The notes under the pieces are model-generated. The model was not told where the DNA came from. It did no database searches and was given only the letters and a program-made list of their open reading frames with translations. Made by a program: the position numbers and the translations under genes. 64,000 nt of DNA, taken from NCBI GenBank assembly GCA_965213685.1, contig CBDBZY010000064.1, forward strand, positions 384,001 to 448,000, in the 5' to 3' direction. Positions 25,319 to 35,102 of the stretch are shown here, in pieces (within the stretch, counting starts at the first letter, position 1; the number at the start of each line of letters is the position of its first letter). Source of the stretch: a bacterium. GTDB lineage: Bacteria; UBA8248.

Positions 25319-26082
25319 GTTCCTATTTTTGTTGTTCAGAATAATATATACATGTAAACATAGATTGGAAATAGAACATTTTTACCACAAGGGGTCTAAT
25401 CATATGCATATAGTCAGCACCATTAGCAGGAGAGCTGCTCAAGTTGCACTGTCCGATGACACAGAGGAGGATAAGATGCATGATGGCACGCCAGATTCAT
25501 AAGATGAGCTATCAAACATTGCATAGGTACCTGGTGATGAATATATTAAGTTTGTTTGGTGACTCAGGCGAAGAAAGGACAAACTTCTGTCCCGAGCATC
25601 AACGATCACTGGCAGCATAGAAGGAAGAATAGGGAGACAAACTTTTGTCCCAAGTAATGACTTCTGCCTGATTCACCTGGTTCACTTACTGGAATCAAGA
25701 AAGACTAATAGTGGTAGTTTGGGAGGGTAGATAGCTTTGTTGCTTCCCTAGCAAGCCATGGTCCTGCAAAATTGTAAGTGGAGTGAGCTTGAACTTTCAA
25801 CTTTTATCCACTGACCAATCAAAATGACCCACCCCTCTTGTAAAGCTGGCTACGGGCCTGTGATATGTACACAATCATGCAGCATGTACTGTGGACCTCT
25901 CCCCACCAAAAAAGGTACTCATGCACTGACACCATGCAACTGCAAGCCAGGTGGAAGCTTCTACAAAACCCTGAAAATTTGAAGAAAGTGTGGGTTGACC
26001 TTTGAAGTGATTATGTCATATATGCATGGTTGCCATAATTACACATTTCGCTACTTGGAGGATGTTACTAGGGTTACCAAAG

Positions 26083-29000
26083 GGTGTGTGTATGTTTGGT
26101 CCAATTAAAAGCCAATATTATTGAACATTGAAAGTAATCAATTTTTGGTAATTATGGCCTCCAACATACATTGAATATTAATTTCAAACTGCAATTTTTG
26201 ATTTTTGAGATCCAAATTATTTTGGATTTTGAATACTCTCAGAGCACGGTACGTTTGGTCCATGCTAGTTTCAATCCTCAATAGCAAATTAGATATTCAT
26301 TTTGTGATTGATTATTGATTTTAAGCTCCACCTTTTCATTTCAGAGATCCAAATTATATTGAATATTGAATAATGACAGAGTGTGGTATGTTTGGTCCAT
26401 GCTACATTCAATTTTCATAAGCAAATTAGAAATTGGTTTTGTGCTTCATATTCAATATCCAATACAAATTGAAAATTGAATCACGATTCAATATTCAATA
26501 TCCAATATTCAATTTTGAAAAATGAAATTCCTGCAAAGGGCCTACTTTTATTCCCAATTTGTCGAGTTGTTGGAGAACATCCAAAATGAACTAATGTGCA
26601 TTTATTCACCAACTCCTCATAGAGAAGTTATAGGCCAATGCATGGTAGTTATGATGCAATAAATATGATGTAATATAATGACATCATTTATTATCATGCA
26701 GCCTGAGCGAGTACCTCGTACCTCGTACCTCGTACCCAGGCCCCTCCCCGAGGGGCCTGGGTGTGAGGCTAAAGTCAAAGGTCACCAGCTGGGTGCACGT
26801 GCTGTGGCGAAATCGCAAGGTAATCAAGTAGCAAGTTGACAGCAGTAATCAAGTAGCAAGTTGACAGCAGTAATCAAGTAGCAAGTTGACAGGAGGTAGG
26901 GGCATGCAGTTCAGTTTTGTGCTACTACTAGACCTATACTACAGTTCAGTTCTCTGCTACAGCCCTGCTTGGCCCCTCTGATCCTTGGACCAGTGGCTGG
27001 ATGGTTGTAAGGAAGTCGTCTAACCCTTTGAAGATGCAAGTGCCGGCATACCCACGCTCAGCACGACATCTTGGGCAGCTCTGCATGAGGCCTGATTCGC
27101 CTCTATACCACTGGTCCACGCAAGACTGACAGCCAATCAGAGACTTGCAGCACCGACCAAATATAACTGGAGGAACCATGATGGATTGGCATATGACTCA
27201 TCTAAATGTGCCATTTAGAGCTTTCCGCAGTCCCATCGGAATGGGTAGCTGTTTGTCCACTTCAAAGAGATGGCCAATGCTTTTCCTGAGTCCCCGCACT
27301 TCAGAGAGAAGCTCCTCAAACTCATTCGGCTGTTTGCTGGGCGCAATCCTGCTTCTCTTGGGAAGAGGCATGAACTCATCATCACTGCTGTCTGAATCAA
27401 TAGAGATAGTGGTCTTGTTGGTCTTGGTTGATCGACCTGGTTTCAGGTCAGTCTCTCTGACAGCATATATTCTTCGACTACCAACCTTCTAGAACTGGAT
27501 ACCTGTGTTGTGGTGGAAGACGTACGTACCGTGATAGAGAACATGATGGTGTCCTAGCATACATGCATGTGTAGTGTCACATGGACGCATCCACAGATGC
27601 CTAGTACATGCTGACATTCCTCAATTGCATACGTACCTTGAGCAGAATCGTCAAGTTTCAGACCATCAGAAGTAACCAACACATACCCTGACCCCCATTT
27701 CCTCTGAACCACCTGGCTGACATAATCAAGGTTTGCTGTCCCTTCAGTGACTGTGATGTAGGTCTGGTTTTCATTGTTGAACTCATATTTGCCATTGGAG
27801 AGTTTCTTCATTGTTGCCTGGACCACTTTGACCTTCACAGATACCTCCTTCTTACTGGAGGAGATGGGTTTGCCACCGTAGCTTGGCCCAGGTGTACCCA
27901 ATACCACACTTGTAGAGGGAGGGCGAATATTTACATGCGAACCCTCAACAATGAGAGAGAGAATTGTTACTCCCACACTGGTGGGCAACTGAAAATCGTT
28001 GTCTGCATCCTGGAAGAAGGCTCTCTGACCAAACTTCCCTCAAATAGACCGTATCAGGATCCACCTGGGTAGACAAAGCATATCAGCACTTGTGACATAG
28101 TACATTTTTAATCTTGTGTTCACAGCTATGAAACAGGGCAGGGCGTTAATGATTCTACATATTGCTGTCACACCATAAACATGCAGTCTGGGCCAAACTT
28201 GTGTGAAGGACAACATTGTTGTTACTTTTTCCAATAGCTCCACCGCATCGCAAACGCGCCCGTGGGAACATGCAGATTTGCACAACTGCTGTGGCTATGC
28301 ATGCAGCTGTAGCCTGTGCATGGGCCTCTTGTATCACTAGGATGCATGTGTGGCGAGCATGCAGCTAACGTGGCCACGTGCTTACACCATTTATATGACA
28401 CAGCCGTAAACCTCTCCCCCCCCCCCCCCAAAAAAGATGCAAAAACCTCCGCTGACAGAGCTGTATATACAGTACGAGGTACGCGGTACCCACTCGGGCT
28501 GCATGATAATAAATGATGTCATTATATTACATCATATTTATTACATCATAACTACCATGCATTGGCCTATAACTTCTCTATGAGGAGTTGGTGAATAAAT
28601 GCACATTAGTTCATTTTGGATGTTCTCCGACAACTTGACAAATTGGGAATAAAAGTAGGCCCTTTGCAGGAATTTCATTTTTCAAAATTGAATATTGGAT
28701 ATTGAATATTGAATCATGATTCAATTTTCAATTTGTATTGGATATTGAATATGAAGCACAAAACCAATTTCTAATTTGCTTATGAAAATTGAATGTAGCA
28801 TGGACCAAACATACCACACTCTGTCATTATTCAGGTGGAACTTAAAATCAATATTCAATATATATTGAAGGTCATCGTCACCAAAAACTGTCATTATCAG
28901 CTAGCAATCCATTGGACTTGGACCATGCATACACACACTTTACAGACATTTCATTCTTTTTTCAAAATTGATTATCGGACAATGAATTTGATTGGATATT

Positions 29001-29234
29001 GAATATGAAGCACAAAATGAATATCTAATTTGCTATTGAGGATTGAAACTAGCATGGACCAAACGTACCATGCTCTGAGAGTATTCAAAATCCAAAATAA
29101 TTTGGATCTCAAAATCAAAAAATGCAGTTTGAAATTAATATTCAATGTATGTTGGAGGCCATAATTACCAAAAAATCGATTACTTTCAATGTTCAATAAT
29201 ATTGGATTTTAATTGGACCAAATATACACACACC
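26083..29234. mobile_element. Foldback-like element with ~640-760-bp modular AT-rich inverted arms (26083-26724 / 28472-29234) enclosing a RING pseudogene
   Basis: The arms are reverse complements (for example CATGGTAGTTATGATG..GACATCATTTATTATCATGCAGCC versus 28497-28560) and contain the subrepeat TGTTTGGTCCA. The left end interrupts host GGTTACCAAAGG (compare 36218). Confidence 0.85.
26946..28064 (-). pseudogene. Spliced gene for a protein with a C-terminal RING-variant finger. Exons 28064-27637 and 27502-26946
   Basis: FR*VICQSIMVPPVIFGRCCKSLIGCQSCVDQWY..CPRCRAERG. Two premature stops and a frameshift near 28035. Phase-1 GT-AG intron. Confidence 0.75.
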
Positions 29235-30053
29235 AAAATGGTGAGTGGACATTGTGGCCATTAAATTTTTTAATAGAATGAACAATGGAAATCACTCTCT
29301 AATTACATGATTCCAAATTTCTATCCCATGAAATAGTGATGCACAGCATGAATTTATATTTGAATTTTTTCATTTTATACTGGATGATGGCTTGCATTGT
29401 ATTTTTGCATTCAATGTTTGTATTTCATGTTTCTTGTTTATGGGTGGGGTAATGTGGCCATTTCACTTGCTAAACAATAGATTTTGAATGTACTCTGTAT
29501 TCCTATTACATCAACTTTCTATATTCCAAAGAAGTAGTGAAGCATGCTCCCGACACAATCTCCCACTTTGATTTTTCCCAAAAGGTTCCGTTTTTTTCAT
29601 CTCTATCACGCTTTCAAATTTCAGAGTTTACTGTGTGCAGGTGGGGTACTATGGCCATTCAATTTGCAAAGAGCATTGAAATCTACCATCACTACTTTAA
29701 TTATCCATTCAGGAAGTAGTGAGGGATGGCCCAACTCATTTATTGTCTGAAGGTTGTAGGTGGTGGCACTGAGGGAAGCCCTAACAATCCATTGTTATCA
29801 AATTGCTGAGGAACTGAAATGATTCATTAAGTACTTGTTTGGAGTGTCTTACACCTTTCAGGGTTCTGTTGTCATACATGTGTTTACAGCAGAGGTTACA
29901 TGCTTGCAATTGGATTTGAAATTCATACATGTATGCAGAACTTGCATAGTCATCAAGCACAGAGTAATGATTACGCACAATCACTTGCAAACTATCTAAA
30001 TGTCATAAGAGGCCATACAGGTATAGCTAACACCAGGAGTCTAACATGGGCAG

Positions 30054-30443
30054 TTACTGAAGTGATACAGAAAGAAACTCCTCTTCCTCCTCCTCCTCCT
30101 CCCCCTCAGATTGATTGGCCTTGTTACTGATCAGAGGAGCAATGCTAGCCAGAAGGTTATCCAACCTTTTTAGCACACTACGTACTTGTTCATCATAACA
30201 ATGAGGACAGCCATGGATCATTATTGGAGCTTCAGAACATCGCTTCTTTCTTACTTGTTGAGCATTGCCAGATTCTGATACTCTCTTGCGTGTGCCAGGC
30301 ACTGCTGGATCAGATCCCTCCACAATTAAACTAAGTGACACCTGGGCAACATCTGGAGGGAGGTCAAACTTCACATTCATTGTGTATGGGAAAAATGCAT
30401 GGCTTCCATACTGCTCCCGTAACCACACAGTGGATGGATCAAG
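30054..30443 (-). pseudogene. Paralogous exon sharing the N-terminal module of the RING gene
   Basis: CAG|LDPSTVWLREQYGSHAFFP..FDLPPDVAQVSLSLIVEGS versus CAG|VDPDTVYLRE.FGQRAFFQ..FQLPTSVGVTILSLIVEGS at 28064. Confidence 0.6.
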
Positions 30444-30620
30444 CTGTGTATGAACACATAGCACATGTTGAATGTTGGATAACGTGGTACACTTCACTTC
30501 CAGCAAGCTATTAATCACATGCATGTACAAGGCATCGAACGCACTAAGCCAAGTAACCTCTCCACAGAAAACAGTGGTTCTAAGAAGGTAGTATGGACTA
30601 TACAGGTGTGTCTATGCTTA

Positions 30621-32808
30621 TCAGAGAGTCGGTAGACTCTCTATGTAGGGATGGCGCCGACACGCCCATAGTGCGTGTACATAGGAAAGCCTTCTTAACT
30701 CGCGAACGCTCGCGTTCTAAGCCTTTCTGGGCCCTTAGCCAGTCGTTCTCTACCCAACAATACCCCCCAAGTAGCTAAAATGCATCCCTTGACTTACTAC
30801 CAGAAAACTCTCCAAAGGTCGTTTTGTCTTTCTTCCTATTCTTCTTCTTAGAGATTTCTTTAGACTAACGTATCTCAAAACTGGCTGAAGTAATCACCGT
30901 AGTTCTTTCACGGATCCACTGTAATCACTACAAAGTACGATCTGCGCTAATAAAACTCTTAGTACGTTCCCAAATGGGCAGAAACTAGAAGTCCCCGACA
31001 ACTTCCCATATTTGGGAAACCATTTTGTAATAGTTATTGTCACTTGGCCCAAATGGTAAGCACGTGAGGGCGGGCCTCGCAAAGCCACGCCTATTAATTA
31101 TAGGTTCGCAAGACGTAGCAAAGGGTGCTCATATCTGATGGCGCGTTCGAACAGCGTCTTACTTCACTATACTATTATGTAGCGGGGATGCGTTGGCCAG
31201 TTAGATACAGTGAGGTACATATGTAGCTACTCTAGCTCAAGAGGTTTTAGAGGGGCTCAGCCCCCAACTTCAGAAATGATGATGTTCAAGCTCCTCCCTA
31301 CCCACCTTAGCAATGGCTGTTATGACCACTGATTTGTTTGCTGGACTTTGAAAGAAGCTTCAGTGGCAAGAACAATACTGTTTATTGGTACTTTTGTGCA
31401 AAAAAAAGGGGATGCAAACAAGTATGAAAAACATTTTCAAAAAATGTATAGGGATGTAGGGATGGCTGTGCCAAAAACTACAGAAACTAGGTGTAGGGAT
31501 GGTAGTGTGCAGGCAAGACATGTTATACAAAGACTACACAACTAACCCCATCCCTACATCTTTTTTTTGGCTCAAAAATTGCTCTTCCCAGTAATCTCGT
31601 AGCATAACTCACAGAATGATTTCAGATATAAAAAAGATGAAGGGATGGGGTTAGTTGTGTAGTCTTTGTATAACATGTCTTGCCTGCACACTGCCATCCT
31701 TACACCTAGTTTCTGTAGTGTTTGGCACGACCATCCCTACATCTCTACAAGTATGAAAAACATTTTCAAAAAATGTATAGGGATGTAGGGATGGCCGTGC
31801 CAAAAACTACAGAAACTAGGTGTAGGGATGGCAGTTTTTGAGCCAAAAAAAAAAGATGTAGGGATGGGGTTAGTTGTGTAGTCTTTGTATAACATGTTTT
31901 CCCTGCACACTGCCATCCCTATACCTAGTTTCTGTAGTTTTTGGCACGGCCATCCCTACATCCCTATACATTTTTTGAAAATGTTTTTCATACTTGTTTG
32001 CATCCCTTTTTTTGCACAAGGGTACCATTAAAAAGTATTGTTCTTGCCACTGAAGCTTCTTTCAGAGTCCAGCAAACAAATCAGTGGTCATAACAGCCAT
32101 TGCTAAGGTGGGTAGGGAGGGGCTTGAACACCATCATTTCTGAAGTTGGGGGCTGAAGTCCCTCTAAAAATTCTTGAGCTACAGTAGCTACATATGTACC
32201 TCACTGTATCTAACTGGCCAACTCATCCCCGCTACATAATAGTATAGTGAAGTAAGACGCTGCTCGAACGCGCCATCAGATATGAAGCAGCCTTTGTTAC
32301 GTCTCGCGAACCTATAATTAATAGGCGTGGCTTCGCGAGGCCCGCCCTCACGTGCTTACCGTTTGCGCCACGTGACAATAACTATTACAAAATGGTTTCC
32401 CAAATATGGGAAATTGTCGGGGACTTCTAGTTTCTGCCCATTTGGGAGCGTACTAAGAGTTTTATTAGCACAGATCGTACTTGGTAGTGATTACAGTGGA
32501 TCCGTGAAAGAACTACGGTGATTACTTCAGCCAGTTTTGAGATACGTTAGTCTAAAGAAATCTCTTAAGAAGAAGAAGAATAGGAAGAAAGACAAAACGA
32601 CCTTTGGAGAGTTTTCTGGTAGTAAGTCAAGGGATGCATTTTAGCTACTTGGGGGGTATTGTTGGGTAGAGAACCACTGGAATAGAATAGCTAGGGGCCC
32701 ACAAAGGCTTAGAACGCGAGCGTTCGCGAGTTAAGAAGGCTTTCCTATGTACACGCACTATGGGCGTGTCGGCGCCATCCCTACATAGAGAGTCTACCGA
32801 CTCTCTGA
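30621..32808. mobile_element. 2.2-kb near-perfect palindromic (foldback) element flanked by TA, with nested hairpin units in its centre
   Basis: TA|TCAGAGAGTCGGTAGACTCTCTATGTAGGG ... CCCTACATAGAGAGTCTACCGACTCTCTGA|TA. Arms are about 0.8-0.9 kb. The centre (31420-31995) is two tandem hairpins built from GATGTAGGGATGG motifs. Confidence 0.92.
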
Positions 32809-34112
32809 TATACGTCTTGCTTGTACCAGCTATGATTGTACACTGAGGGCACAGGAAGATAAGAGTGAGGGAGCAACATTTATAGTCTGTACCAAGGACA
32901 CCACAGGGTACAATACAATACCCTGTCAACTGAAAATGCACTTATACACTATGGAATGAAGAGTCTCACCCAGCAAAAGGATTTGTTGTTCTAACAGCGA
33001 TGCAATTGTGTGACATTCCTACACTATACATACACTACAAGTAATGCTTCTGTTTGCAATGAAGTATGTGGAAGTAGTAGCAATGCACATAACAATCATA
33101 CCAGGTTTGAAAAGTGTATTCAAGGCAGGGAAAGCTACCCACACTCTACGAAACACTGTTGTTCATCAACTGAAATATTCCTTAGTTGTTCCTGTGTAAA
33201 TATCTGCTGCACTATTGTTGTTGGCATTATTGAGGGCCACAGGTAATGGCCGAAATGTTTAGCAAAAGTAAATTCATTTCAAATGTGTAATGTATAAGGA
33301 ATAGCATTGCAAGAATTCATCATTAATAGCTCACTTTTTCTGAGCAACCTGTGAGAATACCACCTCATCAATATATCCTCTATCATCAGGACTTGCTGTC
33401 GTTGAAGTTCCTCGTGACAGTTCATTGTGGTGTGACTGGTGGTGGAACAGCCAGTGCTCGTAGTTTGCTATCTCATAATCACTGCCAAGTCAGTCATGTC
33501 CAAACATTTATCAAAACTGCAGGTCCTAGTAGTTGTTATTCTAGCATTTGTGGGTGTACTTAGACTGCTCAGAACTCTGGACCATGACCACAGAATACTA
33601 CATGCTGAGCAATCTTATGAGGCTCCTCATGTTGGGTATCCAAATAATTATGCTAGTAATGCAAGAGATGATGATATATACAATCAAAAGCCATTGGAAA
33701 AAGTTTTTGGAGCAGCCACAAACAGTACCCACCTGGGCTTCTGGGATGTCTTGAACAAATCATATGTGGATCAGCATGTGCCTCGGCCGTGGATTGGCTC
33801 ATACCAGTGCAAGGATGTGATATGTTCTGAGTTCTTGCACAATCACGATTGGATTGAAGTGGACAAATTTATGAGAGCCGTGAAAAAGAAGGACAGGCTG
33901 CATAAAATCAGTCCTGCATGTCACTTTATAAATGGGACGTCACGAGGAAGTGTTGCCCTGCTCAGTTTTCCTGGCAGTGGGAACACGTGGCTGAGGGGAC
34001 TGCTGGAGAAGGCCACAGGAGTATGCACTGGTGAGGGTATACTCCCATACCGAAGAGATTATGTATGGCCAGGATAAATGACAAAGGAGTACATATTATA
34101 ATATTATATATA

Positions 34113-34318
34113 TCATGTGACTGTGAAGTGTGACTGTGTGACGAAGCTGTGTGACTGTGAAAACTTAAGGCCAGCCATCTGCGTTGCACGTGCATGACAT
34201 GTAACACCCACACTCCCAGTCACACCAGCGTGCCTGATGAGGCCTGGTATTGGCCGAAATGCATCCTGCGCATTAGGTGACTGTTTAGTATCTAGGCCTA
34301 AGGGCTGTTCGTGGCTAG
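34113..34318 (+). mobile_element. Small Helitron-like insertion (A|TC ... CTAG) in intron 1 of copy 2
   Basis: Absent from the paralogous intron of copy 4 (47510-47530, ATATTATATATA|TTGTGGTTC). Starts TC after A, has GTGACT repeats near the 5' end, a short GGCC-TAAG-GGCT hairpin 8 nt before CTAG and no TSD. Three extra bases (GAG) follow CTAG. Confidence 0.65.
34180..34263 (+). ncRNA. Type III hammerhead ribozyme
   Basis: Stem III TGCGT/ATGCA, cleavage triplet GUU (cut after 34185), stem I GCACG/CGTGC, core CTGATGA 34234-34240, stem II GGCC-TGGTATT-GGCC, GAAA 34256-34259. Confidence 0.8.
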
Positions 34319-34601
34319 GAGTTGTGGTTCTCGATTGATTCATTTATGTATGCACGCGTATATGCACTCCCATGAAAGAGATGAACTATTCTATTCCTGT
34401 AGGATCTGCTTATTGTGATTGGAGTATTTGGCGTTCTGGTTCAGTTGGGGAAGGACTCACAAGTAGTAGTGTCCTGGTAGTGAAGTCACACAATACTGTT
34501 TCTATGTGGACCAACCAGTCTATTAATGATCCTGACTGGGTGAACTTACTTTGAACAATCTAACAACAATCTAACAACAATCAATCCAATCAATCTTTCT
34601 C

Positions 34602-34651
<50 letters not shown>

Positions 34652-35015
34652 CATCCTTACAGAACCAAGCTGCTATCTTAATTGTTCGCAATCCTTTTGA
34701 CGCAATTGTCTCCTATTACAAATTGTATCTCTTTTACATCGGCATTGTTAAAGGAGGAAGAAATTCTCATGTCAGTAAAATCAGACCAAATATATTAAGT
34801 GAGTGTTGTACCATAGTAAATCATTATGTACACAACACTTGCACTACATACTTCAATGTAGGAAACTCTTCAACATGGAACAAATTTGTAAATAATAAGG
34901 GAGCATACTGGGCTAGCTTCATCAGAGAAGTGGCGCTGAAGAAAAGCAGTGGTCGTCCTGTTCTGGTTGTCCGATATGAGAATATAAAGAGAAATCGAAC
35001 CACAGAGGTAGAAGG

Positions 35016-35102
<87 letters not shown>

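Noticed and set aside
26819-26892. 25-bp tandem repeat x3 (also a ~60-bp x2 repeat at 36815-36935)
   Set aside because: Simple local slippage duplications. The latter is single-copy in the paralogous spacer near 52690.
30593-33246. Repeated small ORFs (MALRGPPSRAY..., IRESVDSLCRDGAD...)
   Set aside because: They recur only because they lie in the palindrome arms or array spacers. They have no recognisable domain, and the frames are not kept in the 57-58 kb copy.
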